A stretch of DNA of 63,376 bases, the filler included, from a bacterium (GTDB taxonomy: Bacteria; JACRDZ01; JAQUKH01), in assembly GCA_028719205.1 (NCBI GenBank). It is 4 parts of 4 records of this genome, joined end to end, with 100 filler letters (N's around TTAATTAATTAA, not from the genome) between each part and the next. Parts side by side here need not be neighbours in the genome. Positions count along the whole stretch, not along the records: positions 17,019 to 33,469 come from JAQUKH010000045.1; 3 more parts are not named here. One strand, written 5' to 3'. Position numbers and translations under genes: made by a program. How positions within the stretch are numbered: position 1 is the stretch's first letter; each line of letters begins with the position of its first letter. Of this stretch, positions 17,474 through 26,662 are shown one piece after another. A model generated the notes under the pieces. The model saw nothing but the letters and a program-made list of their open reading frames with translations, had not been told where the DNA came from and did no database searches.

Positions 17474-19426
17474 TTACCCTTCTAATACATTTTTTATTCT
17501 ATAAAGTGCAGAAAGGAAACCACCATGAGCATAACTTGACATGCTGGCTCCCTCAATGATTTCTTTGCTCATGACAGCTTCTGGAAATAATCCGCATTGG
17601 GTTGTATGAGCCAATACCCATTTTAGATAATTTACGGCCTTGTTTATATTTCCCATACATACATAGGCTTCCACCAGCCACAGTGTTGTGCCTATCCAAG
17701 GTTGCCCGTCTCCCCGGATATAAGTCATCTCATCGTGCCTCCATATACCGCCCAGAGCATGATCTTTTAATTTGGAGTCAATCATTTTTATGGTATTTTT
17801 AAAAATGGGAGATGATTTTTCATAGAGGGGAAACCAGGTAAAAAAAAGCAGCACAGAAGCATCCATGTGATTGGATTCCAGCGAACGGCATAGTACATTG
17901 TCCCTTACAATATGCTTGTTTACAGCGTTTAGTATTTGAACAGATGTTGTCATGTATTTTTTAGAAAGATCATTTTCACTTAATATCTTACATATTTCCG
18001 CTGCAGTTTTTAAGCCAAAAGCAGAAATACAGGAAGACCATGCCATATGTTCATATTGGAATCCCGGGATAACAGGAGTAAAACATTCCCAAATTCCGCA
18101 ACATGGTTTTATAAGTCCGGTATGATCTTGATTTTTACATATCCATTCCGCGCAATGAATTAAAAGAGGCTTAAATTTTCCCAAGTATTTCTGCTTCCCG
18201 CTGTTTATATACAAGTACCAAACTGCGGAAATAATCAAGCCGGCGAAATCGTATTCTTTTGAGTTTTTATCTTCTATGTTTGTAGTCGTTTTGCCGTCAT
18301 AGACGCAATATATATATCCATCTTCGTCTTTTTCCAATATCTTCGACAAGCTGTTCAATATTCCATACGCTTCGGCTTCATATCCCAGGTTAGAGAATGT
18401 CATGGATATCCAAAGACTGTCCCTTACCCATATATTGCCCTGATATTTTCTAAAACCGATAAAAGGAGCAAGACCGTTGCATTGCAACGATTTTTTTATA
18501 ATTACCTTGGAAAGAGTTATCTTGTATTCTATATTTTTAAATTTTATCGGAATTTCCAGATTCCGCGCTTTATTTGTCCAATTTTTCCATTTCCTCATCG
18601 TTATGGCAAAGGATTCCTCAGGATTGTTTTCTGCTTTTATCAGATTCTTATAAGCTGAGTTTTTATCTTTGCCTAACCCGCAAATCAAATAAACCGGCGT
18701 TGACCATGAATTCCCTATTTCCAACTCTGTTTCAAAAGAAAGGTTAGGAAGTGTTATTAATTCCGGAGCCCAATTAAGTATTTTCTCGTCAATATCCGCC
18801 TCCCCTATATAATAATCATCGCTTGCTAAATTTTCAGGAACACAGACCTGGCTGGATTCTCGCTTAAATAAATAATTACTATGGTTATAATGTTTTTCTC
18901 CTTTGACAGGAACGATACTTGCCATGGCAGCATATATATGCGAACTATTAAAAATTTCCGCTATGATAACCCCATCTTTTTCACTGCATATTTCTCCCAT
19001 CAAACTAATGCGCGGAACGACCTTTACGCGCCTTCTTGAATTTTTCCTTAATGACGATACTTCTATTTTCCTTATAAAAAAATTATGGTCATAATCAACC
19101 CAAGTAGTCGTTCGCAGGCGAATAAATCCCTGATGACTTATTACCTCGTAACTTCCTAATCCATCGATATACCTTGCACTGTCTATCGCAACATAACCGC
19201 CTTTCTGGTAAAAGTCATAATTTACTGTTGGATATTCATAATCATTGACAAGCGTATCTATACCAGCTTCTCCTATTACTGAAGATCTCTTACTATAATC
19301 GGGATAAAGAACATAATGTATGCGGTCTATTGGTTTCCCGGTTCGATATTGTTTCAGCAAAATCATAAGCTGTCCATTACTGAGAGGAGCGTTGTTTGCT
19401 GACATTTTCCCTATAAACGATTTCAT
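17474..19426 (-). CDS. GH15-like (alpha/alpha)6 glycoside hydrolase
   Basis: WVRD, GIWE, DASVL, GLFPE, SYAHG motifs. Confidence 0.75.
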   Translation of the reverse strand: MKSFIGKMSANNAPLSNGQLMILLKQYRTGKPIDRIHYVLYPDYSKRSSVIGEAGIDTLVNDYEYPTVNYDFYQKGGYVAIDSARYIDGLGSYEVISHQGFIRLRTTTWVDYDHNFFIRKIEVSSLRKNSRRRVKVVPRISLMGEICSEKDGVIIAEIFNSSHIYAAMASIVPVKGEKHYNHSNYLFKRESSQVCVPENLASDDYYIGEADIDEKILNWAPELITLPNLSFETELEIGNSWSTPVYLICGLGKDKNSAYKNLIKAENNPEESFAITMRKWKNWTNKARNLEIPIKFKNIEYKITLSKVIIKKSLQCNGLAPFIGFRKYQGNIWVRDSLWISMTFSNLGYEAEAYGILNSLSKILEKDEDGYIYCVYDGKTTTNIEDKNSKEYDFAGLIISAVWYLYINSGKQKYLGKFKPLLIHCAEWICKNQDHTGLIKPCCGIWECFTPVIPGFQYEHMAWSSCISAFGLKTAAEICKILSENDLSKKYMTTSVQILNAVNKHIVRDNVLCRSLESNHMDASVLLFFTWFPLYEKSSPIFKNTIKMIDSKLKDHALGGIWRHDEMTYIRGDGQPWIGTTLWLVEAYVCMGNINKAVNYLKWVLAHTTQCGLFPEAVMSKEIIEGASMSSYAHGGFLSALYRIKNVLEG

Positions 19427-19440
19427 GGAACTCCGTTTTA

Positions 19441-20226
19441 TTAAATTTTCATTCCGTCGAAACCTATCTCGGTATTTTTGAGACCATACTTATTTGCAAG
19501 TGCAAGTATTTCCTTTTCCTTATTATCCAAATCAGGATGAAGATGCAGGAATATTATCTTTTTTACTCGCTTTTTAGAAATATACTTACAAAAACTGTCG
19601 GGAGAAAAATGGGCAAGCTCCGAAAGTAACAGATCGGTATCTTCGATGAATGGATCCAGTTCATTTAATAATGCAAGATCACCTGAATAGATAATCTTTT
19701 CCCCTTTTGTCGAAATACAGAATGAAAAACTTTCCTGCTGTAAATTCGGGTGTTGGGCAATAATGTCAGGATTGTGCTGGAACCTGTTTTTTATATGTCT
19801 GTTGCTATAACATGACAGGGTTATATTTTCGTCTTTATAAATAAAGTTTTTATTGAGCGGTAAAATTTCAAGTCGGAATCCCAACACTTCATCAAGTAGG
19901 TACATCATTTGTAAGCATCGCTTGACATCAGCAATCGCATGTTCAGGGACAAACAGCTTCAGGGGTTCTTTCCTGGCGGCCCACAAAATCATCGACTTGA
20001 TCAACATCGGCACACCGGCAAAATGATCGACATCCAGGTGAGAAATGAATACCGACCGGATTTTTTTATAATCAATTTCATTGCGCAACATGGATGCGGC
20101 ACATTGTTCGCCGGCATCCAGAATATAAAAGGTACCGTTTACATTCAAGGCAATTGATACATTGTTCCTTTTTTTAGTAGGAATACCCGAAGCGGTACCC
20201 AATAAACAGCATGAAAATTCTTCCAT
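19441..20226 (-). CDS. RNase Z-like metallo-beta-lactamase-fold hydrolase
   Basis: LLGTASGIPT, LDAGE, ISHLDVDH, YSGD, ELAH. Confidence 0.8.
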   Translation of the reverse strand: MEEFSCCLLGTASGIPTKKRNNVSIALNVNGTFYILDAGEQCAASMLRNEIDYKKIRSVFISHLDVDHFAGVPMLIKSMILWAARKEPLKLFVPEHAIADVKRCLQMMYLLDEVLGFRLEILPLNKNFIYKDENITLSCYSNRHIKNRFQHNPDIIAQHPNLQQESFSFCISTKGEKIIYSGDLALLNELDPFIEDTDLLLSELAHFSPDSFCKYISKKRVKKIIFLHLHPDLDNKEKEILALANKYGLKNTEIGFDGMKI

Positions 20227-20231
20227 ATATT

Positions 20232-20981
20232 TTAAACCTCTATGCTTTTGCCGCTTTCCGAAATAAAACTGTTGGAAAACACTTCCTTAGCTTCCCGGAG
20301 CTTTTTGTCATTATCAGCAGAGGGATGATGAATAAGATACAGTTTTCCTACATTTGCCGTTTTGGCAATATTTGCCGCATCCGTTGCCGATGTATGACAA
20401 CTGTCATGGATCAATACCGGCATTCCCCTGACAAAGTCCGCGATCGGCGGATGATAAGATGTATCCCCGGTAAAACAAAGTGTTCTGGATTCTGTTTTAT
20501 CCGTCAGTTTGCAAATCAACGCATCTTCCATCCTGCCTCCGGAATGGTGTTTTGCCGGAATCGTCTCCAATAATATTTTATCATCCTCATAGTTTTTCCC
20601 GGGAACAAGAATATAGGGATTTATCTTTACAATAAGTTCCGGGTAATGGTCAAGCTGAAGAAATTCTTCTGTTTTTTTCAAAATATAGAGAAGTTTCTCC
20701 GATGGTCCGATAATTGTTAATGGTTTGTTCTGTTTGTATGAACCGGTAAGTTGCCCTATCCCAAGATAGAATAGGAACTGGGGCAATCCCAGATAATGGT
20801 CCTGATGTAAGTGAGTCAGAATTAAATATTCAATCTTTTCCGGAGCAAGGCCATAATCCTTTAATTTTAATACATTACACCAGCCGGTATCCACAAGAAT
20901 ATTGTCGTTTATTAAAAATGATGCAACTTCTTCGCCTGCTCCTGGAACACATGCTGCGGTCCCGATAAAGAACGCTTTCAT
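20232..20981 (-). CDS. RNase Z-like metallo-beta-lactamase-fold hydrolase
   Basis: FIGTAA, THLHQDH, FTGDT, H-TSATDA, LYLIHH. Confidence 0.85.
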   Translation of the reverse strand: MKAFFIGTAACVPGAGEEVASFLINDNILVDTGWCNVLKLKDYGLAPEKIEYLILTHLHQDHYLGLPQFLFYLGIGQLTGSYKQNKPLTIIGPSEKLLYILKKTEEFLQLDHYPELIVKINPYILVPGKNYEDDKILLETIPAKHHSGGRMEDALICKLTDKTESRTLCFTGDTSYHPPIADFVRGMPVLIHDSCHTSATDAANIAKTANVGKLYLIHHPSADNDKKLREAKEVFSNSFISESGKSIEV

Positions 20982-21043
20982 ATTTTCTACCTTTTCTAAA
21001 AAATATATTTTTGGGGGTTTTTAGTGCCGTGTTCTGCACGGTG

Positions 21044-22117
21044 CTAAACGTTTACACTTCGGCTATTCATTTGTAGTCTAATTTCCTCTGACATTGCCCA
21101 GACATTTTCTGGTTTTACTTGCCGAACGAGGCTGTTTCCGCTAGAAAAAATATGTCTTACTCCGTTTGTTATACTTCGAATAGCTTCAACTTCAAACTTA
21201 ACTTCTTCCGGGGTTGCCTGTTGCAACATGTCCACAGAAAGATTACCTATCAATGTTACCTGCTTTCCATATTGAGCCGAAATATTTTTCAAGTCTACAG
21301 CGTCCTTTTCCAGCGGGTGGAGACCATTCATGCCTAGTGTCAACATGTCTGGGATTATTCGGGTGATATCACCATCGCTGTGCAATATCCATGGAACAGT
21401 TATCTGTTTAGCCAACCTGCGATAATAAGGAAGAAATATGCTCCGATATTGTTCGGGAGAAATATAAGGACCGCTTTTATATGCCGAATCATCACTGATC
21501 CACAGAAAATCCGGTTTAAGGCTGCATAACTTTCTAAGCAGTTTAACTTCGTATTCACAATACCATTTGAATATTGAATCCAAGAATTCCAGTTCTTCAT
21601 ATAACCCTACGCAAAAGCGTTCAAAGCCGATTATTCGATGAACTATTTCCAAAATAAATGCACTATTGAAAAAAATGGCGAAACCTTTAGCATGAGCGCG
21701 TTCTATAAGTTCACGAGCTAATTGGTAGCGCGAATCAACAAGAGGATCTGGTACTTGTTTTGTGCAATATTCAAAATCATCAATAGATTTGATTAAGCCG
21801 TTGCTTTCCACAAAGTTTCCCGGGGAAACTTCACGCATCTCGACAAATACAGGAGGCCAGAAGTTCATGCCTATTGCGCCAATTCCCAAGTTTTTCAACA
21901 GTAAAAACCAATTATCAATTTCTTTGTGCCACCTTTTTATTTTATTGTTTTGGGGACGCAAATGTTCATCTATATTAAGACCGTTGTAACCCCAATCTAC
22001 GGTAAATTCGCAATTAAGCAATTTCGAGGCAAGTTGATGGTTAATATATACCTCAAGCCATACAGGCCCCGTAGATTTTCCCTGCAGGGCTTTTAATACT
22101 TTTTCCCGTTGATCCAT
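21044..22117 (-). CDS. URO-D/MtaA-CmuA superfamily protein
   Basis: SDDSAYKSGPYISP, LHSDG, GLHPLE, IGNL, SSGNS. Confidence 0.85.
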   Translation of the reverse strand: MDQREKVLKALQGKSTGPVWLEVYINHQLASKLLNCEFTVDWGYNGLNIDEHLRPQNNKIKRWHKEIDNWFLLLKNLGIGAIGMNFWPPVFVEMREVSPGNFVESNGLIKSIDDFEYCTKQVPDPLVDSRYQLARELIERAHAKGFAIFFNSAFILEIVHRIIGFERFCVGLYEELEFLDSIFKWYCEYEVKLLRKLCSLKPDFLWISDDSAYKSGPYISPEQYRSIFLPYYRRLAKQITVPWILHSDGDITRIIPDMLTLGMNGLHPLEKDAVDLKNISAQYGKQVTLIGNLSVDMLQQATPEEVKFEVEAIRSITNGVRHIFSSGNSLVRQVKPENVWAMSEEIRLQMNSRSVNV

Positions 22118-22181
22118 AGTAAAATACCTTTAATAAAAGTTTGCTTAATTAGAATTATTTCAATGATTTTCCAGGGCGGTA

Positions 22182-24209
22182 TTAATCGTTTCCACAGAAA
22201 ACCTTTATCTGTTTTTCATCCCCAACATGAATAATGTTTTTACTTTTTTTAAATGTGGTTCTATTATTGTTTACATAGACATTCTCAATTTCCTTATCAC
22301 AGTACAACATAAATTCATTACCTGCGGATACTTTAAGGAATAATGTTTTATTGTTGACTTTGACCTCCTTCACTACCGCGGGAGATATATATTTGTCTAC
22401 GGCTCCTATTATACCCAAACCATTAGTTATCGGTGCAATTATGAATAATTCGGCACTAAAAGCATCTATGCCCATTTTTATCTTTTGTTTTTTGGTTACA
22501 AGGTGATAAGTTTTATTTATATGAGACCATATTATAAACTTGTCGCCTTTTATTTTTTCTACATCATCTGCTTTTACCGTGTAATTTAGCTTTTGCATGT
22601 CATTCGGATTGAAAACGGCAAGAATACCCGTATTCTCATATTTATTAAATATTTTAATTACCCGATTATATTCATCCAATCTGTTGAACAGACAATCTCT
22701 AGCCGGCAATCCCATGCCGTCAGGTTTTAACAGTTTACCATTTTTATCAATAAATTTTCGGAGAATAGAAAAATCATGTTCACCTAAATGATCCGTACAA
22801 TAAACAGGACCGCCACTGACCGCTCTTAATATGGGATGCAGTTCTCCTGTAATATGACTTGAAAAAAACATATCATAATCCGCAACCCCAAACTGACCGA
22901 TCCATAATGAATTGAATGCGTTCTGAATAATATGGGATGCGGTTCTTTTGATATAATCATTTTCCGGATAATAGTCATCGCTATTTCTGAAAATTGCGCA
23001 GTTTTTTAAGTTGCCCATAATTTCAAGAGTATGATTCATACAGGCCATGATTTTATTCTTACCAAGATACTTTTCCGCATTTTTACTGCACTGCGCAAGG
23101 ATAGTTCTATAAACTTTCCCCAACGGTTCTCTAAAAGAAAAATGTTCAGATAATCCGTTAAGGTTATCAACTTTGATGAAATCAACACCTTCTTGCCTGA
23201 AATAAGAATAAATGTCATTGAAAAAGGTTCCCGACTTGGCAGGCGGAAGAAAATTTCCCCTGTTGGTTTGTACCGTAGCATAGGTCTTAGCACTTTTTAT
23301 TTTAGGGGATAGCCCTTTCCAATGCCCCGTGACTGGTAGCCATATGCCAAAATATTTTATACCGTATTGGTTTTTTATTTTTTTCACAAAGTTTTTCAGT
23401 CCATCAGGAAATTTCTTTTTGTCAACTTGCAAACTGGTTAGCTGTTGCTTTTCCTCCGTTTCCCATCCATCGTCAATAAGTAACCATTTTACCGGGCATT
23501 TATTTGTTTTAAACTCATCAAGCGCCTTATAAACGTTTTCAGCGCTTACCTTCTTATAAAATGAATTCCAGCTGCACCAGCCAATATAATCGGCAAATGG
23601 GGGAATTCTTTTGGGTTTTATGTTCATTATTGCCTTGAACTCCTGGAAAGAATCTTCTATTACACGATATGGGTCAATACCCATTGACAAAATAAAACAT
23701 TTCCTGCTTCCGCTTGTTTCTTCGGCTACACCTGAATACATTTTTACTGAAATGTATTGTTCCATGTCATTAACGATGATATTTTCCTGTTTTATATATA
23801 GGTTTTTACCTGCATTATTTATCTTGACTCTACCAATCATATTGAGTGTGGGAATTGGTAATATTACTCCATAAGTATTACTTTTTTTCCATAATATCCA
23901 ATTCAGCAGCATCTGGTCATCATATAGATTATATAGTCTAATATTGCTATAACTGGAACTTACAGGAAAAGACCAAAAGAGTGCATCTGCAAAGCCAAGA
24001 AAACTTTTTGTTCCTATTGATCCGACCTTGAATTCGATACCCTTGAGCGGATGGATAATCTGCGTAGGTTCAACAGAGCAACCAATAACATGTATATTTC
24101 CTTTAGAGGAAGATACAAGTTTTCCTGAAGTGACCCCGCCGTCAGCTAAATTTATTTTGACTTCAATGTTTTTTAATATTGACTCAATCATAATTACCTT
24201 ACTTATCAA
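22182..24209 (-). CDS. Sip1/raffinose synthase-type alpha-galactosidase (GH36)
   Basis: GWCSWNSFY, LIDDGW, FIKVD, RNSDDYYP, DYDMF, RAVSGGPVYCTD. Confidence 0.9.
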   Translation of the reverse strand: MISKVIMIESILKNIEVKINLADGGVTSGKLVSSSKGNIHVIGCSVEPTQIIHPLKGIEFKVGSIGTKSFLGFADALFWSFPVSSSYSNIRLYNLYDDQMLLNWILWKKSNTYGVILPIPTLNMIGRVKINNAGKNLYIKQENIIVNDMEQYISVKMYSGVAEETSGSRKCFILSMGIDPYRVIEDSFQEFKAIMNIKPKRIPPFADYIGWCSWNSFYKKVSAENVYKALDEFKTNKCPVKWLLIDDGWETEEKQQLTSLQVDKKKFPDGLKNFVKKIKNQYGIKYFGIWLPVTGHWKGLSPKIKSAKTYATVQTNRGNFLPPAKSGTFFNDIYSYFRQEGVDFIKVDNLNGLSEHFSFREPLGKVYRTILAQCSKNAEKYLGKNKIMACMNHTLEIMGNLKNCAIFRNSDDYYPENDYIKRTASHIIQNAFNSLWIGQFGVADYDMFFSSHITGELHPILRAVSGGPVYCTDHLGEHDFSILRKFIDKNGKLLKPDGMGLPARDCLFNRLDEYNRVIKIFNKYENTGILAVFNPNDMQKLNYTVKADDVEKIKGDKFIIWSHINKTYHLVTKKQKIKMGIDAFSAELFIIAPITNGLGIIGAVDKYISPAVVKEVKVNNKTLFLKVSAGNEFMLYCDKEIENVYVNNNRTTFKKSKNIIHVGDEKQIKVFCGND

Positions 24210-26619
24210 TTAACTTTATTTTAAGAAACTTGGCTTCCCAGGGCATAATATCAATTTTCATCCCGTTTTTAAATTTCATGTAACTGACTGGATCTTTAAA
24301 AATATTATGACCGTTGTGAATATCGTACATCATAAACCTGTTTCCTGCTCTACCATTAAGGATTTCCAAATCAAACTGTATTTTAACCTTTTTCTTTGCT
24401 TTTGACATATTATAAACAATCAAAATTTTTTCCCGTTTATAAAAATACAGAAACACATCAGGTTCGGAAGTGTGAATTGTTTCCGAAAGATTTTCTTTTC
24501 TGCAAAGCCAGAAAAATATTTTCTTCAACAACTGATAATATTCCGGTGCATTGCTGTATCCGTTAAGGTAGCCGACTCTGCCTTTATCAACTTCCCTGAC
24601 ATAAACTTCTGGAGAATCACCGCAAGAATACAAAGAAGAGAGATTACCATTATCTTGTTTTACCTTCAAGCCCCGTTGTAAACTGATCTTTTCTGGAAGT
24701 TCATGGGTTATCCAATGCGCTTCTGCTTTTTTCAGCTCTTGCCGGGACGCGTCAGCATTTATTTCATTTATCGGACTGATTCCCAAAAGATTGGAAAGTA
24801 TGAAATTCCCTTCGTAAAAACTTGGTGCATCAACTCCGAGAAAACCGCCACCGTGTTTAACAAAATCTTCAATCCTGGATTTTACCTTTGGTAATTTCCA
24901 CATATAGTCACCACTCCACGAGGTGCCTATAGCGCCGAAATTAAAAATAATATCGCAGTCTTCCGGTATTCCCTTTTTACTAATATCCTGGAAAGAAACC
25001 CATTGTATGTTAAACGGCATATCAACCAAATGCTCCTGTATCATATTCTGCAATCTTCCCGCATCATCGCCCCATCCTGTCCATGTCCTCAATTTTCCCC
25101 AGCAATTTAAGATATAAATATTGATCGGATGGCAGTAGACTTTACATCCTCCAATAATTCCTTTATACTCGATAAACTCGTTAACTATGTTTTTTACAAG
25201 CCGCTTGAGTTCGGGATTCACATGTTCATTTAAAGTTTCCAGACGTAATTCATCAGGAAATTTCGTAAAGAATGCCCGCTTACTATGATTCCAATTATAA
25301 ATAAGCTGCTGTAAAGCTCCCTTCCCGGTATAGTGAATAGCTCCTTCCTCCGCTGCAAACCATATCTTTAATACTTTCTTTGTTTTATTACTGAATCCTG
25401 TCAACTGCCTGTTTGCAACTGTTTTGCCTAATCCATACATTGCTATAGAATGGAACGCGGGATCTTCAAAATTTTTTAGATAAGGTTCTATTCCTATCCA
25501 ATTATCTCCGATATTTGTTTGTAACCTTACATTATATTCGGCACAAAGATTAGAGAGTTTCACATGGTAATTTATTATTTCTTTGTTTACGAAATGAACC
25601 CATTTCAAATACTCAACTGCAGGTGGATATTTTATCTGCCCATATTTACTTTTTGTCAACCAGTCGATATTAAAATCAATACCTGTTTTTTCCTTAAAAC
25701 TCACTTGATTTGCCGGACTGGCGAAATGCCCATATCCATACCAGTTCCATCCTGGTACTTTTTCGCCATTTTCGTCCCAGCCTCCGTAGGGGTTATTTTT
25801 TTCATCCAAAAATGTCGTATAACGAGCCGATAAAAACACTCTGATTACATCTATACAACCATTCCATTCTTCCAGAAATAACTTAATTTGAGATAACGTA
25901 TGTTTCTGAACTACTAAAGAAAGAGGATTGGCAATATAAAAAATTCTATCTTCAGCTTCAGCTTGTTTAGAGCGTACCGGCCAGCCTTGCGGGGTAACGG
26001 TATAAAAAAGATTTGCGGGTGATTTGGGGTTGGATACAACTTGGGGGATATTACCACTGGAACCATTAGCATTTAAGTAACATTGTTCCGGATCAAGTAT
26101 TTTCTGGGGTTCAACATCATAAACCAGATATGCAACCTGATATACATGAGATACAACAGAATTTATTTGCATCTCATTCGATCCGTTTTCAGTTTCCCAT
26201 TCGGAAATATCTAATATTCGCCCATCAGTCCTATCATAAACACGCCAATATTTTTTAGGGCTATGGAAATAATTAACAGGTTTCATTTTTACCTGATAAA
26301 ACATTTTATCATTAGTCCTTAAAGAAATCATATGGTTACGAGAACTGGCCTTGCTTTTTTCAGACAGCCAATAGAAGGTCAATTTTTCATTTGGGTTTTG
26401 TTCCAGCCACTCGGGAGCAAAACATAACGACAGATGTGGTATTGTTATCAATCCATCTGCTCGGGCTTGTTTATAATATTTTTTACATTTCTTCATTAAG
26501 GGAATACTATAAACACCTGTTGCACCAAGATTGAAAGGGAACCTGTTCTTTGATGTGTACTTATCGCTAAATATTGTCAGAGATGAATCCTGCATGTATT
26601 GCCATTTTTTTATTGACAT
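24199..26619 (-). CDS. GH112 beta-galactoside phosphorylase (GNB/LNB or Gal-Rha phosphorylase-like)
   Basis: WYGY, GDNWIGIEPY (catalytic Asp motif), LNCWGKLRTW, GTSWSG, GGGFLGV. Confidence 0.8.
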   Translation of the reverse strand: MSIKKWQYMQDSSLTIFSDKYTSKNRFPFNLGATGVYSIPLMKKCKKYYKQARADGLITIPHLSLCFAPEWLEQNPNEKLTFYWLSEKSKASSRNHMISLRTNDKMFYQVKMKPVNYFHSPKKYWRVYDRTDGRILDISEWETENGSNEMQINSVVSHVYQVAYLVYDVEPQKILDPEQCYLNANGSSGNIPQVVSNPKSPANLFYTVTPQGWPVRSKQAEAEDRIFYIANPLSLVVQKHTLSQIKLFLEEWNGCIDVIRVFLSARYTTFLDEKNNPYGGWDENGEKVPGWNWYGYGHFASPANQVSFKEKTGIDFNIDWLTKSKYGQIKYPPAVEYLKWVHFVNKEIINYHVKLSNLCAEYNVRLQTNIGDNWIGIEPYLKNFEDPAFHSIAMYGLGKTVANRQLTGFSNKTKKVLKIWFAAEEGAIHYTGKGALQQLIYNWNHSKRAFFTKFPDELRLETLNEHVNPELKRLVKNIVNEFIEYKGIIGGCKVYCHPINIYILNCWGKLRTWTGWGDDAGRLQNMIQEHLVDMPFNIQWVSFQDISKKGIPEDCDIIFNFGAIGTSWSGDYMWKLPKVKSRIEDFVKHGGGFLGVDAPSFYEGNFILSNLLGISPINEINADASRQELKKAEAHWITHELPEKISLQRGLKVKQDNGNLSSLYSCGDSPEVYVREVDKGRVGYLNGYSNAPEYYQLLKKIFFWLCRKENLSETIHTSEPDVFLYFYKREKILIVYNMSKAKKKVKIQFDLEILNGRAGNRFMMYDIHNGHNIFKDPVSYMKFKNGMKIDIMPWEAKFLKIKLIDK

Positions 26620-26662
26620 ATTTTATATTATCCGTATAATTTTTTATATTCCCATTTATAAA

